Origin: Macrostomum lignano
Taxonomy: Eukaryota
Length of the DNA stretch: 64,000 nucleotides
Reading direction: 5' to 3'
Assembly (NCBI GenBank): GCA_002269645.1
Contig: NIVC01001338.1
Span: 62,001 to 126,000, forward strand
This document shows, piece after piece, positions 40,141 to 51,580 of this stretch; the stretch's first letter is position 1, and each line of letters starts with the position of its first letter. A program made the position numbers and the translations under genes. The notes under the pieces are model-generated. The model was not told where the DNA came from. It saw only the letters and a list, made by a program, of their open reading frames with translations, and made no database searches.

Positions 40141-40276
40141 AATGATAGATTGTGTATATGGTTTTGGAGGTAGACAATGATAAATTTTAGTCACTCGTGG
40201 CTAAACCACTTGGCTTCGCCACTCGTGAAAAATGTATCATTGTCTACCTCCAAAACCATATACACAATCTATCATT
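40141..40276. repeat. Perfect 42-bp inverted repeat with a 52-bp spacer (palindromic MITE-like element)
   Basis: 40141-40182 is the exact reverse complement of 40235-40276; the spacer contains CACTCGTG twice and GGCTTCGCC. Confidence 0.9.
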
Positions 40277-40553
40277 GTCAAGCGTATTGAAGCGGCAGGA
40301 CAACCAAATGCTGATGGGGCTGCTAATGATCGAAGCAGATCAGCACAGCACGTACAGAAATCGTTAAAAGTGTCACGCCTCATTCAACAGAAATCTGCAA
40401 GCATTCACGCCAAATTGAAAAGCTGGAAACTGCAGCATAAATAAAAGTCACTCCAGACACAAAATCTGCGTCTCCAAAAAAATTCTGGCCTTCCGAGAGA
40501 AAAATCAGTCTATTCGTCATAACCTAGAGGAAAGTCATCAATTGCCAGGAGAA

Positions 40554-41480
40554 ATGACTGCGGTTCTCACCTCTTGCTGCTGGCCTTCACTACTTGTGCT
40601 TTGCCTTCTCTGCCACCCGTCTCTGCCTCGTCAGTCTGGAGCTGGAAGCCGGTTCGCGGTGACCTCGCCGAGTACAGGGTTCTGTCAACGTTTAAGACTA
40701 ACAGCAAGTCGTCTGTATTAGCAAATTTCAGGCGGCGAAGGCTCATGTGGTGTCTTACGACACTGCATCGGGCGACTGCACCCTGCTGGAGTGTGACCGT
40801 GGCAGCAGAGACAACTGCAGAAAGTGCCGGCACGATGGAAATCCGAGTTTACCGATACTCTGGGTGAGTGAGGCGTTTCTGTGAATTACCTTGATGCGCT
40901 GTGTGAGTGAGCTGCGTATCTGTCAGTTGCCTTCCTTTGCCATGGTGGCACTCTGGAAGCACCAGATAGCTTACATCTGTTCCATACCCTCCAATCGCAG
41001 GTCGATCAAGGAGCCGGACAGCTGCTGGCAGATCTTCCTACACAGAGTCGACCGCGACTCCGTCAGCTTCAACCGGAACTGGTCGGAGCACGCGAGCAGA
41101 TTCGGTCAGGGCGAGAGTCGAAACTACTGGATGGGTCTGGAGCAGCTCCTGCACCAGCTCACTAATTGACTGGAGTGTGGAGAGTCCACTGGGAGTTCAG
41201 CGACTGGGATGACAACTGGTACCTGGGCTGAGATGATCCCTTCTCTGTTGGCCCAGCTCTGTTGGCCCAGCGACCGACAAGTACAGGTGCTCGATGGGAC
41301 CGCTGAACACGAGCAGGTCAAATTTCGGACAACGAACCACATCAAATCATGTAATGAACATGCAGTTCAGCATTATCGATTCTGATAACGATAATTGGTC
41401 CTCTGGAAGCTGCGCTGATGGTCCTGCTGGTGGTTCAACTGGTGCTCCTTGATGGTGCCCCAGTACAAAATACCTGTACC
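40554..41480 (+). pseudogene. Fibrinogen-related (FReD) secreted protein pseudogene
   Basis: Signal-like MTAVLTSCCWPSLLVLCLLC; intron 40864-41000; FBG motifs WQIFLHRVDRDSVSFNRNWSE..FGQG..NYWMGLEQL, DWDDNWY, GPATDKYR, MQFS.IDSDND...C, WWFNWC spread over several frames with stops. Confidence 0.8.
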
Positions 41481-42543
41481 CACCGCTTTGGCTTTTAATT
41501 TCTATTTCATTCTTTTTCCTATCTTTTTCCAAAATGTTTAAAATAACAGGGTTTTTTTAAAAGTGCCTACGACACTGGGTATCTACTACTATTTGCCTAA
41601 TACCAACCCCGTGCTTCGAGTTTACTACTCCATGAAGAGCTTCGAGGGCATGATTCGTCAGTGACCGCGTGAAACAACGGAAAATTTTTCGGAGCTATTC
41701 AACTCTTAACAGTGATATAGACGGAAGTTATTATATTGCAATTCTTTGAACAACCATTTTACTATCTCTTAAAAAGCTTAGCCTTTTAGTGGGCGCCCCC
41801 GATATTCGCAATGGTGAAATTCAAAGCTTCACTGGATCGTTCTATGAATAAATGCAGGGGGTCCACCAAGTTGTCGTAGTGGTTTAAGTCCTAACCACAA
41901 GTTGCTATTACTAACCTACTTGACCTTATCTCACCTCTGTGGGTAGCCTCAAACTACGAATCTCTTACTAACTGAACGTGTATGGGCTATCGTCAGTACG
42001 ATTTACCCTGGTAGCTACAGTACCCGAGCGGCAAGACAAGGACGACTTAAGTAGAAGGATGGGAAACCTTGTTTCTTAGAAAAATTTTGAAGGCTGCAGG
42101 TTTTTCCAAAAAAACACTACGGAGATAGGAAGTTTTCATTTTTTCAGCACAAAAATTGTTATTGCTTTTGATAGGAGGCAGATCCAGTGTTCATCTTTTG
42201 ATATGTTGTGCCTTTCTTATTGCTCTATCGATATTCATAAAGCTTTTCGTTCAAAAAATTAGGATTCTATGTTAATTTTTTAGGCTACTCTACGTACATT
42301 TTTCTTCTTATTTATTCCCTTGGCCTTGGCCTTGGGCCTTCGTATAAACTAGAAGAGCTTGATCTTTTCTTCTAGTATTAGTTTAACATGATCTAGAACG
42401 TGAATTAGGTGACCAATAGGGGACTAAATAAAAGTTCAAATTCCATCTATCACATTTGCTCTAGATAGCATATAAAGTGTGTTATAGGCATGGCATTATG
42501 AATAGTGTAAGCACTGTAAGACCAAAATAGCCACAATATTGAA

Positions 42544-42835
42544 CAGTGGCAATGCAGGGCACAGGGCTGGGGGGGCAGAGGCCAGAGGGGGCTGCTCCCC
42601 CTGGGTGACCAGTGACCACACCCTCCCATCCCTCCATGGGGTGACCTACCATAGGCCTAGTTTTTTTGTATAAGCTTAGGCCTATAATTAGCATTTTTGT
42701 AAGATTTTTCATGCAATGTGTTAGCGCTAGGCTACTCTAATTCTAGAAAATTTGCTAGAGAAGGGGGTGACCACCCACCATACCATACCCCCTACTTCCT
42801 CTTATAATTGGAGGTGCTATGTAATGCCGCCACTG
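42544..42835. mobile_element. hAT-like MITE, 292 bp, 8-bp TSD
   Basis: Termini CAGTGGC...GCCACTG; ATATTGAA duplicated at 42536-42543 and 42836-42843. Confidence 0.8.
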
Positions 42836-43883
42836 ATATTGAATCTCTTGTTGCTATTATATCTATCTATTCTCTATCTTTAATTTGCAACTTAATATAA
42901 TAGGCCTAGCAATTGTTATATTAATTAAGTATATATTTTAATCATGTATAAATACTATGCAATTATTGAAATAATACAAAATATTATATTATATATAAAA
43001 ATATAACTGCAATAATATATTTAAAACAAATAATCTATATAAATTTTTTAAATTTTCTTTTTAAATTTTATTCCAGGTAGGTTTAGTAATAATATTACCT
43101 AACTAAAATAAGTTTAGCCTAATATGAAGCTACCCTGGTACCAATATTTTTAGTTTAATAATTCAAGTAACAATTAATCAATTTAATTATAAGCTACAAA
43201 AAAACTTGGAATATATCTAGGCCTATAGGCCTAAGCAAGCAACAAAGTGAACAAAGTATTGTGTACTTGGCCTAGGCTAGGTTTTATTTGCTTTATTTAA
43301 TAGATAAATATCTGCAATAAAAGCTTAAGAGAATGCTTTTTGTTTGGTTAGGGCCTAATCCGATTTTATTATAGTAGTACCTATCTAAGATTTGTAGATC
43401 TAGGCCAGATACTATACCCAATTACAATATTTATCATTACTGATAACTGATAAGATATAGGCCCCCTATAGAAATCAATGTTAGGCACCATTAATGAAAA
43501 TCTAAACTTCCATTAATGGCAAAAGTGTTGACTATAGTCTTGACTGTTTAACCAGTTTTAATGAATTTTTTCTATTTCTCTAAATTAGTACACTCAATGG
43601 CAGAGTCAATGGTTTAATACAATGCCAGACTTTTCCGGACGCCCCTCGTATATTAAAATTTGTTAATGTCATTAATCTTCCTATTCTAATCATTTATAGT
43701 ATAATTAAAAATTCACAATTGTAAAATGTAATGGGAAAAATTCTCACCTACTATATTTTTATAGTTGTGTTGTGGCCACAAGAGCAGTTGCTATCTGTAA
43801 GCATATGCAGTGAAAATTTCTGCAGAATAATCATCCATACATGTTTGCAGAAAATTGCATATAACCAACCAATAAGCAAATTA

Positions 43884-46800
43884 ATGGCTCTGCACCGACT
43901 TAGCTCAGCTTGCAATAGAATGTTTCTATCAGCATCAGTAGTGCAGACTGCCAGTGGACTACGCAGCCTGTCATCCGCAGGCGGACTGGCTGACAAATTC
44001 ACCAAGGCGCAGTCAGCTCTGCAGCGGCTCACTGAGGATCCCGGCAATGCTGCCAAGCTGAAGATCTACAGCCTGTATAAGCAGGCCACGGAGGGCAAGT
44101 GCACCAAGCCGAAGCCGGGATTCACCGATTTCGTCGGCCGAGCCAAATGGGACGCTTGGAGCGGCCTTGGGGACATGACCAAGGATCAGGCTATGCAGCA
44201 GTACATTGACCTGGTGGAGTCCATGGGCGGCAAGCTGGATGCTCCCGATACTACTGCCGATACTACTAATCCCGCCGATTCTAATACTGCGTCTGCTGAT
44301 TATAAGGTACAAGCTTATTGATTGTGAAATCTTTATTAAAATAACTGCATTTTTTGTTTTGCTGAAGATTTTTTGTCTGAAGATTTTCTAATGACATTTC
44401 TCTGCAAGATTAGCTGTCATGCGCTCACTGATAGGCAGCTTGCTCTGTAGCTGGCGCCCCCTCTGTAGCTGGCGCCCCCTCTGTAGCTGGCGCCCCCTCT
44501 GTAGTTGGCGCCCAACAACAACAACAAACAACAAAATACGCTGTCATGATGGTAAAAGTCAGCGTCACAGGGCGCGCTTCATGGCTTGGGCGCGAACAAA
44601 GGCCGCGCCACCGGCAGTGTCCGGGGCGCCGGCGTCAGCCAGCAGACAGTCGACATAACGCCGAGTTCGCGCTTGACCTCGCCGGTAGGGTGCCTGCAGC
44701 GTGAGCAGCAGCACCTCCTGCACCGGCTGTGGGCAGTACGACTCGGCGCGGATGAGATGGCCTGCGAGCTGGAGTCGCCGACGGCGCAGTAGATCACTTG
44801 GACGTGGCAGGCCAGCGCGGCGATAGAGTGCCGCGTTGGTGACTCGCTCGACGCCGATGTTGAAGGCGGCGCGCAGCAGACCAGCGTGCGCCGCATCGAC
44901 TTGCTGTTCGAGTGAGTCCGTCAGCGTCCAGGTCTCGGCGTTGTACAGCAGGACGGTCTCGATTACCGCCTGGAACAGCGCCGCCCTCTGGCGGTCCGGT
45001 AGGGCCTCGGACTGCAGGACTGCCCTCACAGAACGAAAGGCAGCCCAGGCAAGCCCGCGGCGGCGTCGCAGGTCCTCGCGAGCGTCTGGAACCAGACCGC
45101 CGAGGTAGACGAACTGCTGACATCGCGGGAGTTCGGTCGCCTGCCCGTCAGCGCCTCGGCAAAATATTGCAGCCTCGATGTCGTCCGGCACGCAGAGCAC
45201 AACGGTCTTCTGCGTGTTGACCACCAGGCCGACACTCGCCGCAACGGCAACCAGCCTGTCCAGCTGCCGTTGGGCGCCCTCGACGGTCGAGGACAGCAGG
45301 GCGAGGTCGTCGGCGTAGCCGACCAGTTGGCGCCCCCTCTGTAGTTGGCGCCCCCTCTGTAGCTGGCGCCCCCTCTGTAGCTGGCGCCCCTCTGTAGCTG
45401 GCGCCCCCTCTGTAGCTGGCGCCCCCTCTGTAGCTGGTGCCCCCTCTGTAGCTGGCGCCCCTTCTGTAGCTGGCGCCCCTTCTGTAGCTGGCGCCCCCTC
45501 TGTAGCTGGTGCCCCCTCTGTAGCTGGCGCCCCTTCTGTAGCTGGCGCCCCCTCTGTAGCTGGTGCCCCCTCTGTAGCTGGCGCCCCCTCTGTAGCTGTA
45601 GCTGGCCCCCTCTGTAGCTGGTGCCCCTTCTGTAGCTGGCGCCCCCTCTGTAGCTGGCGGCCCCTCTGTAGCTGGTGCCCCTTCTGTAGATGGCGCCCCC
45701 TCTGTAGCTGGCGCCTTCTCTGTAGCTGGCGCCCCTTCTGTAGCTGGTGCCCCCTCTGTAGCTGGCGCCCCTCTGTAGCTGGCGCCCCCTCTGTAGCTGG
45801 CGCCCCCTCTGTAGCTGGCGCCCCCTCTGTAGCTGGCGCCCCCTCTGTAGCTGGCGCCCCCTCTGTAGCTGGCGCCCCCTCTGTAGCTGGCGGCCCCTCT
45901 GTAGCTGGCGCCCCCTCTGTAGCTGGCGCCCCCTCTGTAGCTGGCGGCCCCTCTGTAGCTGGCGCCCCCTCTGTAGCTGGCGGCCCCTCTGTAGCTGGCG
46001 CCCCCTCTGTAGCTGGCGCCCCCTCTGTAGCTGGCGGCCCCTCTGTAGCTGGCGCCCCCTCTGTAGCTGGCGGCCCCTCTGTAGCTGGCGCCCCCTCTGT
46101 AGCTGGCGGCCCCTCTGTAGCTGGTGCCCCCTGTGTAGCTGGTGCCCCTTTAGTTGGCGCTCCTGGATATAGTTGGATTAAGTTTTAACTACTTTAACTA
46201 CTTCTAGCTACTAGTTGTAAAAATAAATTTAAGAACTATAAAAAGGGTCCGAGCGAGGTCTGTTTTTACATACGACATAATTATGTTTGCATGCACTCAA
46301 GGTTCAAATATCCGAATCTCAGTTACTGCAGCAATTCTCATTCGCATTGGTTTAAAAGACAATAAATGAAACGTTGCATTTTTAGCACTAAAAGTTTGTT
46401 TTGTCTTTATTTTTTTGGCGTTAATTAAAACCAAGATCTAACATTAACAACATCTAAGGTCAATTGAGAGGATTCCAATATTTACAATATATAAAGATTG
46501 TTAAATTTTCATGTTGCTACTGTAAGTAGACGATTGCGCAGAAACTTTATTATGTATTTTTATTTACTTTCAGGAAGCTCTAGTATCCATCTCGCCTAGC
46601 GGGGTGCTTTGGTTCACCCTGAATCGGCCAGCCAAGAAGAATGCCATCTCAACCGATCTATACGCTGAATGGTCCAAAGCGATGGAGCAGGCCGCCGCTG
46701 ACGACAAGGTCAAGGCTATGGTCATCACCGGTGCCGGGGAGTATTTCAGCTCCGGCAACGATTTGTCCAGCTTCACCAATTTAAAACCCGGCGTCACCAT

Positions 46801-46981
46801 GGAGCAGATGGCCGCCGATGGTAACGCCATTTTGCGTCGCTTTGTTGCGGCATTTATCGACTTCCCCAAGCCGTTGATTGCGCTGGTTAATGGGCCCGCG
46901 GTGGGCATCTCTGTGTCCACGCTGGGCCTGTACGATCAGGTGAGTCTTTTGAGAACTGGGCGCATTTGTTGGAAATAAGTG

Positions 46982-47045
<64 letters not shown>

Positions 47046-47985
47046 CAGATAGATAGACAGATAGATAGATGCAGACAGGTAGGTAGATAGTTAAGCTTTA
47101 ACAATAAAGTCAATTAAATTCCTACTCCCTAATCGCAGGTGTTCGCCTCCGACTCAGCCACATTCCACATGCCATTCTCCTCGCTGGGCCAAACTCCCGA
47201 AGGCTGCTCCTCCTACACCCTGCCCCGCATCATGGGCCTGCCGGCTGCTGCCTCCCTGGTCATGTTCAACCGGAAGATCTCCGCCCAGGAGGCGCTGTCC
47301 TGCGGCCTCGTTAGCCGGGTCTTCCCGGCTGCCTCCTTCGCCGCCGAGGCCGGCGCCGCAGTTGAAGAGATTGCCGCCCTGCCCAGACAGGTGAGCGCCG
47401 GTCATCTGCTAATTTTTGCTTAACCGATTTGTTCACTGGATGCACTGATCTCATTAATTCAATTTTCTGCTGCGGAGAGCTAGCTAGCTTAAAATAGTTT
47501 TCAGATTTTTAGAAGCCTACTGTTGTAACTTTTCTCTCCCTTCCTCTCCTATCTCCCTCTCTCCCTCTCTCCCCTATCTCCCTCTCTCCCTTCCTCTCCT
47601 ATCTCCCTCTCTCCCTTCTCTCTTATCTCCCTCTCTCCCTTTCTCTCTTATCTCCGTCTCTCCCTTCTCTCTTATCTCCCTCTCTCCCTTTCTCTCTTAT
47701 CTCCGTCTCTCCCTTTCTCTCTTATCTCCCTCTGTCCCTTTCTCTCTTATCTCCCTCTCTCCCTTTCTCTCTTATCTCCCTCTCCTTTCGTCTCCCATCT
47801 GCCTCTCTCCCTCTTCTATCTCTTTGCAGACGCTAATTTACGCCAAGCAGCTTTTGCGAGAGCCAATCAGAGCGGAGCTGCACGCCACCAACGAACGGGA
47901 GTGCAACCGGCTGCAGGAGCGCTGGATATCCGAGGACTGCTTCAATGCTGTGGCGAAATTTTTCTCGCGAAAGTCTAAGCTTTGA
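43884..47985 (+). CDS. ECI2: Enoyl-CoA delta isomerase 2 (ACBP + crotonase domains), 398 aa, PTS1 SKL
   Basis: Exons 43884-44306, 46574-46939, 47139-47390, 47830-47985 (all phase 0). [34 protein letters not shown]; crotonase [52 protein letters not shown]; ends FFSRKSKL*. Confidence 0.97.
44435..46150. repeat. 18-bp minisatellite (CTCTGTAGCTGGCGCCCC) interrupted by the LINE
   Basis: About 4 units left of the LINE and about 45 units right of it. Confidence 0.95.
44514..45324 (-). mobile_element. 5'-truncated RTE-clade LINE inserted in ECI2 intron 1
   Basis: Open RT C-terminus [58 protein letters not shown]..; (TTG)n-like tail at 44514-44534; 11-bp TSD AGTTGGCGCCC at 44503-44513 and 45325-45335. 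Confidence 0.92.
46978..47095. repeat. (GATA)n microsatellite in ECI2 intron 2
   Basis: Seen directly. Confidence 0.97.
47530..47820. repeat. Pyrimidine-rich repeat (TCTCTTATCTCCCTCTCTCCCT) in ECI2 intron 3
   Basis: Seen directly. Confidence 0.9.
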
Positions 47986-48412
47986 TGCGTTGGGAGTGAC
48001 AAGCAGTCGCTGGGGTGTGAACTTCATTAAATTAAAGCAATTGATTTATCATGGTAATTTTGAAAAAAAGAATTCGAGCATATGGATACTAGTAATGAGT
48101 GTATGGTTTTGTTATATTTTTACTAGTAGCAAGTAGCTTTTTTAATTTCCATAATCATTTCTGCTTGATCTTCTGGTTTTTTTGTAGCGCGAACGCGAAT
48201 ATTACACAAAAACACTTTAAAATGAAATAATATAAACTGATTTGTGCCTGATTTCACTGTGAATTAGATATTAAGAAGAATCATAAATGAAAAATATTTT
48301 TTCCTCTTTGTTTTTAGGAACACGTTTAAATTTTTTTTCAGGCATTATTTCGGGAAATCCTTGGGAAACCAGTCGGCTTATGTTAAAGACTGAGCCACAC
48401 AAGCTGCTCTCT

Positions 48413-50703
48413 CTATGAAATATGATTCCAATTTATGTTGTCCAGTTCCATCTGAAGTGCCAACATTGTTGGACTGGTGTGGTTCGCTAGCTGGTTAAAT
48501 AGCTGCTCAGCGCAATGTCGCACTGACTCAGAAACACCAATGTTGCTGCTGTTGCCGCAGCTGCGACTCGGCGAGCAATCTGGCAACAGGCTAATAATGA
48601 GCTTCTGCTCAGCAACCCACGCTTCAATGTCAGTCTGCGACCATTTATCACCGGCTGCAGTTTTCTGGCACCAGAGTCGGATTGAATCGATGCAACTAAG
48701 CGTCGAATCACTGTGTTGCACTGCCTGACTAGCCGCTCTGATGCTGACTGCCTTGAGTACAGCGTTCGTCACCAGATCGAATGAGCTTGAGTCTATTTGG
48801 CATTTACTAGTATCCGTCTTGACAGCTTTATCGAGCACCCTGTAAGCCATCAACGTGGCCAACTGCAATGACGAGTCAAGAAACGGCGCATAGAAGTGCA
48901 CAGGAAGTTGAAATTCTTTTCCGCTAGATCTACGAGTAGATGGAAAAGTCGTTGCTAAAGCCGATTTGGTGAACAGTTGCAGAGCCTCGCGATCTTCTGT
49001 GCCACCCCGAGCAGCCATGACCGTCAGCATCGCCCTCGTGTGCCTGATAGTCGACAGAAGATCCAGTAAAAAATCTGCTTGGTCGTTTAAACTTAGGCCG
49101 TCGTAGAGCTTGGCTAGAAGAGTTTCTGAAGGTACACCGCTGGCAGTCTTCAGGTTGATTCCCGCTGGCAGACGGTGCTCGAAAGCCCGACTCGCAACTG
49201 CCGGCATCGCAAATCGGACAGCTCGAGCGCAGGATTCGACCTGCGTCAGTCGGCCCTTGTCGCTGCTGCCCAGCAAAAAGCTTCTCAATCGTCCCGCGCC
49301 CTCAATAAATGCTAGACCGATCAACGTGTCGGGGTCTTGGGCTGTCAGCAGTCTCAGACGTTGCCGCATAACTTCCAGTCGTCCGCGTACGCTAATAAAT
49401 CCGAAACGACCGTCCACGCTTACTACAGTTCCGGTCCTGCTTCCGCTTGGTTGGGACGCTTTGACCGCTGCTGGCAGTTGGTCTAGTTGGAAAGCTTTCC
49501 AGCCGCGTTCACCGCTCGGAAATAAGTCTACCAGGTCTGACAGCAGCACAGGTTTTGTGACGTCTGCATAGTGCGGCGCGTTTTTGGTCAAATTAAAAAT
49601 ACGAGCGTACATATTAATGATGCTCCTATAATTATTGCTGTTTTCCCACTTACTGCCTTCATCATCTCGCCGTTCTAATTGATTGAGCTGCAGTCTCAGA
49701 CTGACAATTCGATCGGCTATGACTCCTGGCAGGCCGCGATCGACTCGTTCAAACGCTGATGCTGCTTCTATTCGATACGCCCAAGCGCTTGCCATTAAAA
49801 AACAAAGACAGCAAATGTAAATGCGTGTATCGCCAGGCAGATTATAAAGTTAAACGCGACATTAACGAAATCCGAAATTTCTTACTTATCATCTACATCA
49901 CTAGCATAAGTCGACATCTCAGACGCTTGCAGTCTTAGCGGCACAGTTATGTAATCGGCAGCTGGGTAAGTTGCGAGTTCGACTCCCGCCGGTAGGCCCA
50001 ATCCCGCCAGGTAGCCTAACAGTCGCTCGGACGCTTCACCATTCCTAGGCTTAGTGAATCGAGTGCTCAGCAGGCCGGTGTGCCTTCCTAGTAGGCGAGC
50101 CAGAGCCGGCTCCACCGCGATTGCCTCTCGTCCGAACAGGTCTCTGGCGGGGCTGGACCTCATGCATGACAGCGCCAGACTTGAGGCGGCTCGCATCCAA
50201 CTCTTGGCGCTAATTGAAGGCTCCGGTCTAACCAGCGCTTCAATTAGCGCGCTAGCGGCTTGCTGTTGAACCAAGCGCAACCGATCAACGCTGCCGTCTT
50301 TAAATCCGGTGCCTTCAACGCTCCACTGTAGGCTAGCGACTCGCTGGAAACTGCGACACACTTGCAGCGGCTCGTACTGGCTGCAGTTGTCAGCCCCAGC
50401 GAATCCCTTGAATGATTTTTGATCGACTACTTGCAAGGCACTTCTATTAGAGATCTCTGACTCCTTGTGACAGTCGATCCTGCCGATGTAAAATGCTGAG
50501 AGAGCCGCGGCTGCAGCCGACAGGAGCACCGTCAGAATGGCTCCCAGTAGCAGCAGACAGGCTGTCAGTTTTGAACGCTTACGACGAACTGGGAGTCGTT
50601 GAATATCGTCATCGGATTGACTTAATCTAATCGAGACGTTGTTATCCTCATCCTGATTTGCTTCGTTTCTGGTGTGTAACGTTGGCGTCCTGAAAATTGA
50701 CAT
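48413..50703 (-). CDS. Divergent neprilysin/M13-like type II membrane protein lacking HExxH (probably 2 exons, 730 aa)
   Basis: The 273-aa and 460-aa ORFs join through a 98-bp intron (donor AA|GTAAGA at 49885, AAG acceptor at 49788). Cytoplasmic tail, RRKR, TM helix, then M13-like landmarks in order: VCRSFQRVASLQW, ALSCMRSS, ESCARAVRFAMPAVA, LPVHFYAPFL, LMAYRVLD (HExxH position), SKC, RLWCQ, PDCSPSRSC. Confidence 0.6.
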
Positions 50704-51222
50704 AATTTAAGCTTCTAATACGAGCATAGACGCATCGAAAGTATCAGTTGTTTTGTTTTATAATCAGCTTTGAGGCGATAGAAGCTGATTGGCTCTGCTT
50801 TAGATTCGCCCCAAATCAAAGCCTCGGTGACTGCTGAATATTTTGAATTTTAACGAATCTGGTATTCAGCCTTTAGGCACGAGACAGCCTAACGCATCTT
50901 GGTGACTGTGCAGTTAATTTAAATATAAATTGCATCGTCATGGCTATACATATATTCCCATCAGCGCGCTTTGCTTGCTAAAAAATTGAAGTAGCTGGAG
51001 AGCTTTTTTTACGGAAAATGCGTGCATGCCTTTGTTAGAAATATTAATCTAAGGCTTTTCGTCAGAAAAATAATTTCCTGTTTTTAATTACTTCGTTATT
51101 GATCCTGTCTTCCAAGTCCTCAGTCACAAAATTACCTTGGTTGTGACTCGGAATTTAATTAAAGAATGCGTTTCACTTTATTCAATAGTAATTTTTATCG
51201 ATTTTCCATGTTGATAACCTAA

Positions 51223-51580
51223 GGGGGGGCCGTAGCCCAGCGGTCTAGCGCAGGCTCTGGTGTGCCAGCAGGCTCGATTCCAAGTGCAGTCACATTAATT
51301 TGGGGCTGAATTGGAATCTCGGCTTGGCTCTGCTCGTGCAATTAACGGCCTTGAGAGCCAACCCCCCAAGGCGCAGTGAAGTGTACATGCCTAACGATAA
51401 AATAAAGTTAGGGCCGCTGTACACTCCTGTGTCAGTGTGTGCCTGCGTACGTATCCGCGCGCTTGTGTGCCTGCTCAGGGGAGTCGGCGGAATGGGCAGT
51501 AATGCCTCTCGCCGGTTGTGTGCCTATGTCGCTTAAAGTGCGCCAGGGTGCACACAACCCCCCTGCCTCTAATAAAAAAA
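51223..51580 (+). mobile_element. tRNA-derived SINE
   Basis: A box TAGCCCAGCGGTCTAG; B-box-like GGCTCGATTCC (51271-51281); A-rich tail AATAAAAAAA; TGTTGATA on both sides. A second GGCTCGATTCCAAG fragment lies near 51650. Confidence 0.7.

Noticed and set aside
49390-49440. Cold-shock-like motif RTGTVVSVDGRFGFI in the 460-aa ORF
   Set aside because: The rest of the OB fold is missing, and the protein is better explained as a luminal M13-like domain.
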